From Malacoraja senta (taxonomy: Eukaryota): a DNA stretch of 64,000 nucleotides. The notes below the pieces were generated by a model. That model was not told the origin of the DNA, did not search any database, and worked only from the letters and a program-made list of their open reading frames with translations. The stretch spans positions 27,778,001-27,842,000 of the forward strand of contig CM075988.1 in the NCBI GenBank assembly GCA_038087875.1. The letters are read 5' to 3'. The translations under genes and the position numbers were made by a program. This document shows positions 1 to 13,719 of the stretch, piece by piece (within the stretch, counting starts at the first letter, position 1; each line of letters opens with the position of its first letter).

Positions 1-305
1 AGAGTTAATAATTCAAGTAATCAGAATGCACTGGAGCCCACATTATCAGAATGATTTGACCATCTGTTACGGATGTGAGGAGTAATTCCTTTGCTCAGGG
101 TGATGAATCTTTGGCATACTCTATACTTGAGATTTGTGGCAGCATAAACATTGAGTTCATTCCCTACTACATTCGATAGATTTCTGATTAAGAGAAATGG
201 GGATGGTGCTGGAAAATAGTTGAAAATTGGCCACAATCTTGATTAAAAGCCGAGCAGGTTTGAAGGCAGAGGGCCTACTCTGTTTCTATTTTGTGCTTTC
301 TTATG
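1..305 (+). mobile_element. Degenerate CR1/HER1-like LINE 3' end
   Basis: Eroded CR1 ORF2 end and 3' tail (gtgatgaatctttgg ... gaaggcagagggcctactctgtttctatt). Confidence 0.6.
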
Positions 306-1164
306 TCCTGGGCTCCATGGCCAAATTAACTCTAAAGGATAGTGAGGTAAATATTGATGGGAAATTCATCTGTCTGGTTTTAACAATGTAGTCAAGTTCC
401 TGCATTGTTTTCAGGCTACAAACGTATTCCATTTATTTCAAAAGCATTTATTTGGTCAGCTATATCATCAACAGATGATATGGCTGACCAAATGCTACAT
501 ATCAATGATTTGGATGAAAATATCGAAGGCTTGATTAGTAAGTTTGCCGATGACACAAAAGTGGGTGATATTGTAGATAACAAAGATGGTTGTCAAAAAT
601 TACAGTAGGATCATAAACAGTTAGGCAATTGGGCTGAGGGAATTGTTAATGGAGTTTAATGTAGTTACAGTGTCCTCCATAATGTTTGGCACAAAGACCC
701 ATCATTTATTTATTTATCTCTGTACTCTGCAATTTGAGATTTGTAATAGAAAAAAAACATGTTGTTACAGTGCACATTGTCAGATTTTAATAAAGGCAAT
801 TTGCATGCAATGACTGCTTGAAGTTTGCAATTCATGGACATCACCAGTTCCTGGGTGTCTTCTCTGGTGATGCTCTGCCTGGCCTGTATTGCAGCCATCA
901 TTAGCTTATGCTTGTTTTGGGGGCTAGTCCCCTTCAGTTTTCTCTTCAGCATATAAAAGGCATGCTCATTTGGGTTCTGATCGGGTGATTGACTTGGCCA
1001 CTCAAGAATTGACCACTTTTTAGCTTTGAAAAACTCCTTTGTTGCTTTAGCAGTATGTTTGGGATCATTGTCTTGTTGTAGAATGAACCACCGGCCAATG
1101 AGTTTTGAGGCATTTGTTTGAACTTGAGCTAATAGGATGTGTCCATACACTTCAGAATTCCTAA

Positions 1165-1580
1165 AGGGGCTGTCCCACTGCGGCGACCTAATCTGCGAGT
1201 TTAGAAGAGTTTGTCCTCGACTCAAACTCGCAGCATGGTCGACACGTGGTCCTAGGAGGTCCTATGAGGTCACTGGAACTCTCCTTCATGCTCGAGGGAA
1301 GTTCCTGTATACTCACGGCCTCAGCTAGGTTGCGGAAAATTTGTCAGCATGTTGAAAAATTTTCAGCGAGTAAAAACTGGTCGACATGGTTCTTTAACTC
1401 GTAGTGCAGTGGAGTGAGGTCGCTATGTAGTTACAGGCAGTCGAGGGCAGCCGTAGGCAATCTCCTTCGCTGACCAGGCATTTTAATTGGCTCATTGGAG
1501 TTTTCAGGACCAAGGAAAACCGACCGGTAGGTTAAATACCCGCTAAACTTTATTAAACGTTGTCTGACTTCTTAAAAGTG
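1165..1580. mobile_element. PIF/Harbinger-type MITE, right end missing
   Basis: TAA|aggggctgtcccactg start interrupts the Tc1 transposase; no matching right TIR. Confidence 0.75.
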
Positions 1581-2447
1581 TCTCCCCCCCTTCACCCCCC
1601 TTCTCTCCCCCCTTCTCTCCTCCCCTTCTCTCTCCCCCTTCTCTCCCCCCCTTCTCTCCCCCCCTTCTCTCTCCCCCTTCTCTCTCCCCCTCTCTCTCCC
1701 CCTTCTCTCTCCCCCCTTCTCTCTCCCCCTTCTCTCTCCCCCCTTCTCTCTCCCCCCTCTCTCTCCCCCCTTCTCTCTCCCCCCTTCTCTCTCCCCCCTT
1801 CTCTCTCCCCCTTCTCTCTCCCCCCTTCTCTCTCCCCCTTTTTCTCCCCCCCTTTCTCTCCCCCCCTTTCTCTCCCCCCCTCTCTCCCCCTCTCTCCCCC
1901 CCCTTCTCTCCCCCCCTTCTCTCCCCCCCCTTCTCTCCCCCCCCTTCTCTCCCCCCCCTTCTCTCCCCCCCCTTCTCTCCCCCCCCTTCTCTCCCCCCCC
2001 TTCTCTCCCCCCCCTTCTCTCCCCCCCCTTCTCTCCCCCCCCTTCTCTCCCCCCCCTTCTCTCCCCCCCCTTCTCTCCCCCCCTTTCTCCCCCCCTTCTC
2101 TCCCCCCCCCTTCTCCCCCCCCCCTTCTCTCCCCCCCCTTCTCTCCCCCCCCTTCTCTCCCCCCCTTCTCTCTCCCCCCTTCTCTCTCCCCCCTTCTCTC
2201 TCCCCCCCTTCTCTCTCCCCCCCTTCTCTCTCCCCCCCTTCTCTCTCCCCCCCTTCTCTCTCCCCCCCTTCTCTCTCCCCCCCTTCTCTCTCCCCCCCTT
2301 CTCTCTCCCCCCCTTCTCTCTCCCCCCCTTCTCTCTCCCCCCCCTTCTCTCTCCCCCCCCTTCTCTCTCCCCCCCCTTCTCTCTCCCCCCCCCTTCTCTC
2401 TCCCCCACCCTTCTCTCTCCCCCACCCTTCTCTCCCCCTCCCCCCTT
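1581..2447. repeat. ~870-bp polypyrimidine/polypurine (C,T) low-complexity tandem repeat
   Basis: Almost only C/T on the + strand; units such as cccccccttctct(ct). Confidence 0.97.
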
Positions 2448-2499
2448 GTACAGCAATAAAAGTTTCCAAAGGTGATGGAAAGACTGGAGGAAAGACTAA

Positions 2500-2696
2500 A
2501 GGGCCTGTCCCACTTGGGCGTTATTTGCGCGTCATGTACGCGACATCATTTACGCGACACGATGCACGACGCGCGTGTAACACGCGCATGGTGCATGGTG
2601 AGACGTGGTGGCATAAGCAGTGACGCACAGCGCGCGGTGCCCCAAGATTTTGGGATTCTCCTGACGCACAAATGACGCCCAAGTGGGACAGGCCCT
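2500..2696. mobile_element. PIF/Harbinger-type MITE (197 bp), TAA TSD
   Basis: TAA|agggcctgtcccacttgggcg ... cgcccaagtgggacaggccct|TAA. Confidence 0.93.
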
Positions 2697-4582
2697 TAAG
2701 TGCTGAGAGCTCTCTTATACCTGCATTAACGAGGCAATTAAACACACCTGTGCAATTACAAACTCCTGTGAAGCCATGTGTCCCAAACATTATGGTGCCC
2801 TGAAATGGGTGGACTATGTATAAGCAAAGCTGTAATTTCTACATGGTGAGACCAAAATGTATAAAAATGGCCTTTATTGAAATCTGACATGTGCACTTTA
2901 ACCACACATGATTTTTTTCTATTACAAATCTCAAATTGTCGAGTACAGAGGCAAATAAAGAAATGATGGGTCTTTGTCTTATGGAGGGCACTGTAAGTGT
3001 AAGGTGTTACATTTTGGGAATGGCAGTGAATGGCAGGATTCTATGGAGTTGTTGTAAAGCAGAGGGATCTAGGAGTGCAGATAGATAATTCTTTGAATGG
3101 CATCACAGGTAGGGTGGTCAAGAAGAGATATCGGCACATTACTCTTCATCAGTCAGGGTATGAGTATAGAAGTATAGGGGGTGGGTAGTTGAGGCAGGTA
3201 CTTTTACAACACTTAAAAGACATTTGGACAGGTACATGGGGAGGAAAGTTTTAGAGGGATATGGGGCAAACACGGGGACTAGTGTCGATTGGTTAATGGG
3301 TCGGCATGGGCAAGTTGGGCTGAATGGCCTGCTTCCATGCTGTGTGACTTTTTGTTCAAAAAGACATTTGCTCCTAATTTCCTGGTTTATTGCAGCCAGA
3401 GTGCGTGCCACTTGGTGTTCATTTTTGCGCCTGATAAGTGAGCTTGACACACTAATCTTGTGCCGATCTCTGACACTTAACAAATTAGATCTAACACCTG
3501 TATTCTTTTGTAACTATAGATGCGAATAACATTTTGCCTGGGTTTATTGTGATTCGATTAGTTTTTTAAAACTCGAGACTAAAACAACTTAAAATTATTC
3601 AACACCGCTGACAAAATGCATGCACTCCCAAGAGTTAATGGTGAAGGGGAAATCTTTGTAACTTATGCTTTTAAATAGAAAAAAAAACCTTTTTCCTTTT
3701 TGTACTTTTAGATGCTTCTTCAAGTGCATCTAATTTTATTTAATATTTTGGCATGTTTTAATGAATTCTCACACTGTGAGGAGATACTAAAGAATAATAT
3801 GAGAGGGCAATGTCAGTATCGGGTTCCGAATGCCCTTGTGGAATTTGGGTGCTTTCCTGATGCAGTCCTGCTGTTGACATGAGCATTGACTCTGGATGTT
3901 CCCATAAGCACTGGTTACTGAAGCATGTCAGTTAGTGAAATACTACTTAACCATACTTGTACTTCTGTTGCAAAAAAATTTGCTGGTGTCATTACAAAAA
4001 TATATTCACACATTCATTTGCGTGCAATATATGGAAACATTTCCAATTGACCATGCCTATCATATGGTTGTGGTTTTCTTTTATTTTATCAATTACCAGT
4101 GTTACAAACAGGCTGTGTCATGCCTATATTTTAACAATTATGAATGGACAATTTTAAAATTACTTGTATATCCTTGTTGGTTTGGAAGACTCTTGGTGTT
4201 CTTATGTAGCTTTTAATATTTCAGTGAAAATACTAAATTTTTATGCAGAAACATGAAACTGAAATAATGTTCTAGATTTATTAGTGATTTAATTCCATGT
4301 TTGGATTTCTAAGGGCAACAAAGTGGTTTGTGAAGGATGCTGTTCAGAGATTAAATTATTTAGCCCTCAAAGCATTCAGTTTCAATGTTTTTCTATTTAA
4401 AAAAAAAAGAAAATTACAGATTGCCAGCCATTGTTTTGGGAGATGAGCTATTTTTTATTTTCTCAGAGGAAATTATTGCTGTGTTTGTTTATCATAAGGC
4501 TAAGTTTAGAAACCACAATTTGCACTCCTTTCAACTTCTGACTTGCCAACGTGAATCAACAAAGTCATACTTTTGGAAACTA

Positions 4583-7500
4583 TCTGCCAAACCTATAAGA
4601 CTTTTCCAAATTACAAAATAAGAGCACTTTGAATTTGGGGATAAACCGCATAAACTTTTGGCTCGCCAGCTAAAAAAAAAAGAAAAGGAACATACTATAC
4701 CAAAGATCAAATCAGATAAAGGAGAATTATTAACAACACCGAAGGATATTAATAAAAGATTTGCGCAATTTTATGAGAATTTGCATACATCTAAAACGAC
4801 AATTGATTCCAATAATATCACAACGTTTTTGGATACCTGTAATCTTCCAAAGTTAGAGCTGAAGGAACAAGAGGAACTGGGTGCACAAATCTCAATTAAG
4901 GAATTAGAAGATACAATAAACTCACTAAAGAATGGAAAAACACCAGGCCCTGACGGATTTACTAATGAATTTTATAAAAGCTTTTATGATAAAATAATAC
5001 CAAGATTATAAAAAATGTACCAATATGCTTTTAAAAAACGAATACTACCTGATACATTAGCGGAATCAACGATTACACTAATACCTAAGAAAAACAAAGA
5101 TTTAGAAGAACCTGGTTCATATAGAGCTATAGCATTGTTAAACACAGATCAAAAAATATTAGCGAAAACATTAGCTAGAAGATTAAGTAAATACATTAGT
5201 AAATTAATAAACCCAGATCAGACGGGGTTTATCCCTAAGAGATACTCATCTAACAATATGAGACGTCTACTCAACATAATGCACTCACACAAATCTGAAG
5301 ATCAAGAATTATCAATTATTTTGCTGGATGCTGAAAAAGCATTTGATCAAGTAGAATGGAATTATATGGACAAAGTATTACAAAAATTTCAACTGGGGGA
5401 GAATTTTATTCTATGGATCAAGTTACTATATAACAAACCTACAGCTAGAATACTAACTAATAACATATCCTCGAAATTCCAACTATCAAGGGGAAATAGA
5501 CAAGGATGCTCATCACCACAGCTGTTTGCTCTCATTATTGAACCGCTAGCAGAAAAAAATTAGAATACACCCTGATATCCATGGATATAATACTAAAGAC
5601 TCATATAATAAAATATCTTTATACGCGGATGATATATTACTGTACATTACAAAACCTCAAATCACTATACCAAATATATTAAATTTAATTGAAGACTTTG
5701 GATCTTTTTCTGGATATAGAATAAATTGGAATAAAAGTGAAATTATGTCAATAAAACCGAAAGATTCAACACATCTTTTAAAATTCCCTTTTAAAATAGC
5801 TACAGAAAAATTTAAATACTTGGGACTCGAAATTACCAGAACATATCAAGGTATGTTTAGGGCAAATTTTGACCCCCTACTTAATAAATTAAACACACTA
5901 ATTAAATTCTGGAAAACGCTCCCGATGTCTTTAATAGGCCGAATAAATGCAATAAAAATGATCTTTCTACCACAAATTTTATACCTATTTCAATCAATTC
6001 CTATATACTTACCAAAGAAGTTTAAAAAAAAACTCGACTCAGATATCACTCATTTTATATGGGACTATAAATCACATAGAATACAAAAAACTCATCTGAA
6101 TAAACCTAAAGTATTAGGGGGTTTAGCACTACCTCATTTTATGTATTATTATTGGTCAGTAAATATTAAAAATATGATTCAACTGATGGATAACTCCGCC
6201 CAGCAAGTGGACTGGATTGTAATGGAGAAAGAGGATTGCTCCTCTGGAAACATTGGAGCGATCCTCCTTTCTCCAATGAAATTGAATAACATAAATTATA
6301 ATAAGAACCCAATTATTCATAGTACAATCCGAATTTGGAAACAAATAAAACAAAATTTAAAATTAAGAAATGTATCACTTTTATTACCTATAGTTAATAA
6401 CCCTTCGTTTAATCCTATTATAGATAAAGCTTTTACACATTGGGATAGACTAGGAATTAAAACGCTTGGTGACTTGTATGAACATGAAAAATTACTTTCA
6501 TTTCAACAATTACAAATAAAATATAAACTCGGAAATAATCAATGTTTTAAATATTTTCAAATATGCGACTATTTGAAAAAATATACAAAAGATCATTATA
6601 ATAACCCAGTAGATGTATTGGACGAGGCAATGCAGATAAAAGCGGAATCAGCAAACTTAATATCATATTTGTATAATATTATCTTAAATGTACAAATACC
6701 ATCTACGGAGGGTATCAGAAGAGACGGAACAAGAGTTAGCTATTAAAATTTCAAAGGAAAGTTGGAATGAATACTTATTAAACGTGCATAAATGCTCGAT
6801 TAATGTAAGACACACTTTAATACAATTTAAAATTTTACATAGATTATATTATTCGAAAACTAAAATTCATAACATTTTCCCAAAGGTATCATCTATTTGT
6901 GATAAATGTCAATCCCAAGAAGCTACTATAGCGCACTCATTTGTTTTCTGTACAAAAATTCAAAAATTTTGGAATGAAATTTTTGAAATCTTTACAGTTA
7001 TTTAAAACAAGACTGATACCCAAAGCAGAATTGATTATCTTCGGAATAACGGAAGATGGTCCAGAACTAAATGTGTTTCAAAAGAAACTAATGGACTATG
7101 GGTTAATAACTGGAAAAAAGCTAATTCTAAAATTTTGGAAGAAGGCTCCAATACCAACTATAAATATGTGGATTTCAAATATGTTTGAAACATTACACCT
7201 AGAAGAGATAAGACTCCTCCTAGCAGGTAAACCAGATCACTTCCACCTGACGTGGTCTGCATTTATAGAATTATTACAAATATAGGGTGCAAAAGTACTT
7301 AAAAAAAAAAAAAAGTGAGGTCAGGTAAGGGGGGATGATAGTTGAAGAGTTGGTATGTCCCATTTACGTAATGCTCATAAAAATATTTGTTTCTCTCTTT
7401 TTCCTCTTTCTCTTTCTCTTTCTTTTCCAGGGCCTATTTCTTAACTCTTTTTCTTTTGTTTTTAATTTTGCTCTTATAGGGTCTTTGTCCTTTTTTGTTG

Positions 7501-7682
7501 TCACATTTTCTACACTTTCACTTTTTCCTTCACTTTCTTCTTTCTTTCAATCTTTTCCTTTTCTAGTGTAAAAAATAAATGGAGTACATTAATTGTAAGA
7601 AGATATAAATGACGAGTACTAATGTATGCGGTTGTAATGTAATGTACTTCTAATAAATAAAAATTAAAACAAAAACAAAAAA
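4583..7682 (+). mobile_element. 5'-truncated L1-clade LINE (ORF2 RT + CCHC, disrupted), 16-bp TSD
   Basis: GKTPGPDGF, SYRAIALLNTDQKILAK, LDAEKAFD, RGNRQG, YADD, CDKC..H....C motifs. T-rich 3'UTR, AATAAA and A-tail. TSD atacttttggaaacta at 4567-4582 and 7683-7698. Several frameshifts and stops. Confidence 0.96.
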
Positions 7683-8366
7683 ATACTTTTGGAAACTACA
7701 AGATTCCCATTTTTGATTCGTAGTCGTAATGGGTTGAGATTTAAAAGTGTAAAGTAAAATAAAATGTTTGGTGCTGTAGAAATGATAAATAACACTTTAC
7801 CTGTGTGAAGTGTTACAGGTTTACAGTACATCATCCTGGTATATTCTGCAAAGCTGATTATTTTGCTGAGCAAGTAATGGACGATGTGATGATCAAAGCA
7901 TTCTATAGATAACTATTGTATCTTGTTTGAATTATATGCTGAACCAGTAATTTAGAGGCATTGTCAAAGACTGCAATTTTTTCCATGAGGTAGAGATAAA
8001 ACATTCCACCCACTTCTGAGCACAGCTGGAATAAACGAGTTTGGTATTCCGAAAAACGCAAGGAATCATGGGATTTGTCAAATGTCATTCGAGAACAAAG
8101 AAGCGATCGGGGATGCCTGGTAGCGGGGGAGAGTGGGGTGTAACAGCGGGAGAGAGGGGGCAGATGTGTGTGGGAGACGGAGGGAGAGACTGGACCGGCG
8201 GTGAGAGAAGGGGGGTGAAAGACGTGCGTGGGGAGACAGAGAGAGGTTTCAGTTAGACAGACAGCCACTGGTAAAGCCATGGCTCGTTGCTTCTAGGAGA
8301 GTCGCGAAAATGTCCTTAATCGAGAAAATGCAACTTCAGAACCCCGAGATTTCCGCGGGCGCAAGA

Positions 8367-8740
8367 AACAAATGACCTAAATTTGCGTTGAGTGAACTGA
8401 GTGTTCTTACTGTCCTCATCCTCGCCGTAAACAGCCGTTTTGTCAGAGTGGTTGGATCCCATCTTCATCTCGGCCAACGTTGGTCACATTATCCGGACAG
8501 ACGGCGGGGGATCAGGAGCTGATGTGAGGCATCAGCGATGCTCTGGAATCCTAGCCGGCCACCGCCGAGCAGCGGGGTCGAGAAGGCAACGCCCGACAGG
8601 TGAGCAGTCCGCAGTAGCTAATGCCTCTCCACACACCGCTGGAAGAACTGACACCTCTACTCCCGGGTCCGGCGCTAAGAACACTTTCCAGGACAGTGAG
8701 AACACTCAGTTCACTCAACGCAAACTTTAGGTCATTTGTT
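8367..8740. mobile_element. Unclassified MITE with ~50-bp TIRs
   Basis: aacaaatgacctaaatttgcgttgagtgaactgagtgttcttactgtcc ... ggacagtgagaacactcagttcactcaacgcaaactttaggtcatttgtt; no clear TSD. Confidence 0.75.
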
Positions 8741-9423
8741 CCCCGCTCCCATCCATCCCAACCACGGCACAAGTCTAATGTGTAATGTAAACATGTTAAG
8801 AACATGTAAAGAACTGTACGGACACAGTCTGGTGTCAAAGTCAGCTTTAATCATCAATCCTGGTGGTGCAGTACAATACGTTGTTAGTTCATCTCTACCA
8901 CCGGTGTAACTACGTAATATGGGAAGTGAGTGTTAATATAAAGTGTACAGTAAGGTGGAGTTAATGTTAATACATTACTCTGATTGGTTCACATGCAATA
9001 ACCAATCTTCATGTAGGAAGTCTGAAGGAGGGTCTTCTATCCAGAGGTGCTGCCTGTCCTGCTCAGTTACTCCTGCGTTTTGTGTCTATCTTTGGTACAA
9101 AAGTGCAAGGTGCCTTAAACCATCTGAAATGGAATCCACCATATACTCTTCAACAATAAGGTACTGTGAGGTTGTGGCTGAGCGTTTGGGAGGAATTGTA
9201 AGCAGCAAGGGGGAAGGTGAAAAACAAAGTGCTGGAGGATATCAGCGGGTCAGGCGACTCATCTCTGTAGGGAGGACAGACTATGTTTCAGATCGCGACC
9301 TTTCTTCAGATCAGGAAGAAGGTAACTTCAGCAGAGCGATGCCTTTGCAATTCCCCAAATAAACAGAACAGTAAAAACATTTTTGTAGGAAGGAACTGCA
9401 GATGCTGGTTTACACCGAAGTTA

Positions 9424-9962
9424 AAGGCCTGTCTCACGAGTCTGCGGTCATTGGCGGCGAAAGGAAGAATCTACCGCTCCTGGGCCGCCATAGACCGCGC
9501 ACTCGGTCAAACGCCCACCGCCGGGGCCGTGCGGCGTTGTTCCCAACACTGCACGGTGCTAAAATAAAACCATCACTGTTAAAAAATATGTTCCTACCGC
9601 ACAGCCGCCGCCAGTGCGGCACGAGCGCCGTGCGTCGAACTTGCACCGCCACAGCCTCCGCCAGTGAGGCACGTGTGCGGCACGGCCGCCGCCACAGCCG
9701 CCGCTAGTGAGGCGCGTGTGCGGCACGGCCACCGCCACAGCCACCGCCAGTGAGGCACGACCGCCGCCAGTGAGGCACGTGTGCGGCACGGGCACAGCCA
9801 CAGCCCCGCGATCTGAATGCCGAAACGGCAAGCTCGTGGAACCGGCCGTACTTGGCCCCCCGCGCAGCATCCGTGCGGCGCTCTCGTGGTTGCCGTGCGG
9901 TCCTCTCTTCCAGCGACGCCGCGCTTCACCGCCAACAACCGCAAACCCGTGGGACAGAGCCT
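9424..9962. mobile_element. PIF/Harbinger-type GC-rich MITE, TTA TSD
   Basis: TTA|aaggcctgtctcacg ... cgtgggacagagcct|TTA. Internal gccgccagtgaggcacgtgtgcggcacg repeats. Splits a Penelope-derived short element. Confidence 0.9.
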
Positions 9963-10696
9963 TTAGACACAAAATGTTAGAGTAATTCAGCCGCTGAGAA
10001 TGTTTATCTCCAGTGACCTATGACCTGGGCATGCACATTTGAAATACCGAAATCGCTTATATTGCACATTAGATTTTCAGCCATATTATTGTAGCTCGTC
10101 TTCACTGTATGTGATATGTTTAAATTTTGGACTTTCTGATTTAAATCTCAAGCATTTTTCTTGCGGTAAGGGAATACCTACTCAAAGGAAGATAAATATA
10201 ATAAGTGAGACATTATATAACATATTTGTAAAAAAATAGAGATTTGAATCACTTTCTTTCTTCTATGCATTTATATCAGAACTGGATTTTTCTCTACCTA
10301 TTTATAATAGAACTGGATTTTAGTTCTAACTGTGGAATTTAATTCCTAGTTATGAATTCAACCCCTAATTGTCTTGTGTGATGACTAGTTGTGGTGGGTG
10401 ATTCATATATAATATAAACACAGTGGTTTCATATCATTAGAAGGTCATTGCTTGAATCGAGGGTCTGACGTGAGTGACATATTCAGAACGTCCCTCAAAA
10501 TGTTTCTTTCTTTTTATTGCTCCCTACCACTATTAAGTGCAGTGGAATCACTATTAACTATCAGCATTAGGAATAAGCTATTGACAATACGAGTACATCA
10601 ATTGTTAAAGTAAAATAGTGTAACTGCAAAATTCCTTTAAATGGAACCATTTCTAACTCTACAAATTACATTTTGAGCACTGAACTAATCTTGGTA

Positions 10697-11017
10697 CTTA
10701 GTTTAGTTTAGAGATACAGCACGGAAACGGGCCATTCGGCCCACCGGTTCAGCGCCGACCAGCGATCCCCGCACATTAACACTATCCTACACCCACTAGG
10801 GACAATTTTTACATTTACCAAGCCAATTAACCTACAAACCTGTACATCTTTGGAATGTGGGAGGAAACCGAAGATCTCGGAGCAAACCCACGCATGTCAC
10901 GGGGAGAACGTACAAACTCCGTACAGACAGCACCCGTGATCGGGATCGAACCCGGGTCTCCGGTGCTGCATTCGCTGTAAGGCAGCAACTCTGCCACTGC
11001 GCCACCGTGACTGTCCC
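10697..11017 (-). mobile_element. tRNA-derived SINE (HE1/V-SINE type), near full length
   Basis: Minus strand: A box TGGCGCAGTGG, B box GGTTCGATCCC, central tgtacgttctccccgtg domain, CR1-like tail, (CTAAA)n end. Confidence 0.9.
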
Positions 11018-11629
11018 AGATTTGAGAAAATAGAGGTACTGTGTAAATACACATACACATTGCCCAAACACACTCAAATTAGTATTTTAATAGACAACAA
11101 TCAAAGTACCGTGCAATATATTTGGTGCATTTTATTGTCCATTGCATATCTGAGTCTCTCCATTCTTTGTTATCCTGCATAATTTAGAGTCAGTAATAAA
11201 TAGACCTTTGCCTCTTCAGTGTGAGAGAGATTTCCCTTGAGAAATGCTGCATAAATATTTTTATTTCCTCTCCCAACTTCACGATGTAAACTGGAGTTCA
11301 CCCGTGAGTTCTCATGGTCTTGGGTCAACTTTCTCAGATTTCCCTTACTGTCCAGTACACACAATATCCTCTCCCTCACACTCTCCTGTTCTTTCTCTCT
11401 CTTGCCCTTTCTGCCCTCAGCCTTTGGGCCCTATCCTCGGCCAGCCCCCTCCACTTGCCGAACCTTCCCCCCTCGACGAACCCTTGCTGACCTATCCCGC
11501 TGCACTCTCCCCATATCCCTTGATGCTTTTTGCATCCTATCCAAAACTACTTATTTTACGAATACTCATCACTCTTCATGATAACGAATTTCACACTTCC
11601 GCCAAGCCCTGAGTGAATCTTGTCCTGTA

Positions 11630-12050
11630 CCCTGAGACAGTGACTCATTGTTTTAGACATCCCACTTGTGGGAAACAACCTCACCATGTCCAGTTAGTCT
11701 GGCTTGCCAAAATGTGGTCATCTTCAATTTGAACCTCCCATTTTTCTCAATACCAGTGAACACAAACCTAATGGACAGAATCTCCTAATCAACCTAATCT
11801 CCTCGTATGGTAGTTCCTCAATCATGGTAATCAGTCTGGCGAACCTTTCCATTCCATTTTTAATAAATATACAGCGTTGAGTAATGAGATAAAAAACTGT
11901 ATACAGTACTACAAATGTGGCCTCACAGATGACCTGTGTCATTGTTGCAAGATATACCTGTTCCTGATGCACATAAATTAACTTGCTACGAAGACTGGTG
12001 TATCATTGATACATTTACTGCTTGCCTCACCTGCATATTTCCTTTAGATA
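11630..12050 (-). mobile_element. Highly degenerate CR1 remnant
   Basis: GLCSLVLRKMGG-like CR1 C-terminal remnant; gtatacagtactacaaatgtggcctcac. Confidence 0.55.
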
Positions 12051-13719
12051 GATAGATAGGTTTTTATAGTGTATCTGTTTCTGTGATTAATTTCATCATA
12101 CAGTGGACAGAAGAATAAAATGTCACTTCTTGCCCATCAAATGCCAACTATTTCTAATAATTTGAGGCTGTTTTTCAACTGAAATAAATTAACCAAATCT
12201 TTGTGATGTTGATTAGATTATTGGATGCATATTCCTAAGGCCTGATTTGTGATCAGGGATGCAAGCACAAGCCTCACTTGATAGAGAATTAAATTCTATT
12301 ATATTAACTCAATCTGGAATAAAAACGATAACTTATGTCAGTCATGATGGCATGAAACTGCTGGACTAAACAAAAAGTTTCAATAATGCCCGATACACTC
12401 TTTGCCTTGTCTGCCTTTTCTGTGTTGGCTCTTTACTGCCCTCTGTAAAGGCCTAATAAACTGCTGGGTTGTCAAGAGGGCAATTCACCATTTCATTTCT
12501 AAGGACAACGAAGGTTTAAGGACTAAATACCTGGGATGCTCACAGTGATGCCCTGCAAATAGATTAAAAACAAAATTTGATGAGTATAGGGGAATGTTGT
12601 TGACTTCACGTGCAGTTTATTTTAAGAAATGTGGATGTGTGCAAATCTAAAATCTTGAAAATTTAACATGAAACATTAACCCTGTTATTCCAGCAGATGT
12701 TGCCTGCTCTGCTGAGTATTTATATTTTATGTTTTGACCTAATTTGTCATCTTAGCTGCAAAATATTTTATATATAAAAATGTATTAAATTTTGAGGTTT
12801 CTTTTATGGAGATCATTTGAACTATATGGCATCATTTTCACTTATTCTCAATCTTGCATTGAAGAACAAAGGTGAAGCCACTGTAATTTAAAGTCAGCAG
12901 CAGGTTTGTGTAATGAAATTGCAATAAAGCAGAGTCCTGAAACTTGACTTTGAAGTGGCGCAAGTCTTTCTTCTGTCTGATGTAGTTTTCCATTTAAGTG
13001 AATGTCTGTCAGAGCATCAAATTGCCTGGGGATGCTGCACACTTTATTTTATATTGCAATGTTATTGTCTTGAAATGATGTGCATTGTTCAATTACAAGC
13101 TTTAAGACCACAACAAGATTGATTAAAGGCAGAAAACGAGTGTAAAATTAGATATTTTTTTTTTGCATATCATTATCCTTATTGGTAAAGATTAATGTTT
13201 AGAAGAACTCTATTTCTTCCAAGTTTAAAAATATATAGTTTACAAATTATACAGGATATTTTAAGTGTTCTTCTAGGTATTTCATGAATCCTCTTTCATT
13301 TATCCCTGAAAAGGACCTGGGAAATTTCAGCTGGCAGTTCCCCGATGTTCCAATAAAACCATATTCAAAAATGCCTACAGGGTCTTGTTAGTACAACTTT
13401 ATCCAATGAGTCAAAATGAAAATGTAATTAAAGTCTTTGCTAGCACCATCTAATTATTCAGTGTTGGCAACAGATACATGGTTTACTGGAATGCAAATGT
13501 GATTGGAAAAATAGATTTTTGAAAGGGCAATGTAATAAAATTTCACTAGCTGCACTATAAAGGCTTCCCCATAAACGGCTGACTTTTATCTTTATTTTTG
13601 ATAATGTAGAAGGCTATTATCATCGCACAAACCTTCAATGATCAATTATTCTCTCCTATAGTATAGGCGGTATAATATTTTTTACCTACAGTTACTAAGT
13701 ATTTAAATTGACTCTATGC

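Larger units (their letters stand above)
668..2993 (-). mobile_element. Tc1-like DNA transposon, internally deleted, with TA TSD
   Basis: TA|cagtgtcctccataa ... ttatggagggcactg|TA with long imperfect TIRs. Transposase remnant (~797-1160, minus): QQDNDPKH, WPSQSPDQNPNEH. Confidence 0.93.
497..3350 (+). mobile_element. CR1 LINE RT/3' fragment split by a Tc1 insertion (parts 497-667 and 2994-3350)
   Basis: INDLDENIEGLISKFADDTKVG before the Tc1. Resumes with aagtgtaaggtgttacattttggg (KCKVLHFG) after it. CR1 tail gggctgaatggcctgcttccatgctg. Confidence 0.85.
8033..10058 (-). mobile_element. Non-autonomous TIR DNA transposon (ISL2EU-like, AT TSD) carrying nested inserts
   Basis: AT|aaacgagtttggtatt ... 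aataccgaaatcgctt|AT. Both ends are the reverse complement of the ends of the 28110-28832 element. Confidence 0.75.

Noticed and set aside
1543..2469. Four long ORFs (G/E/R-rich and P/S/L-rich)
   Set aside because: Artefacts of the stop-free C/T repeat.
9402..9985. Overlapping Ala/Arg-rich ORFs here and at 42491-42967 and 43786-44472
   Set aside because: Lie inside GC-rich MITEs; no transposase motifs.
10930..11017. tRNA gene
   Set aside because: A/B boxes belong to a SINE head followed by SINE body and tail; no complete cloverleaf.
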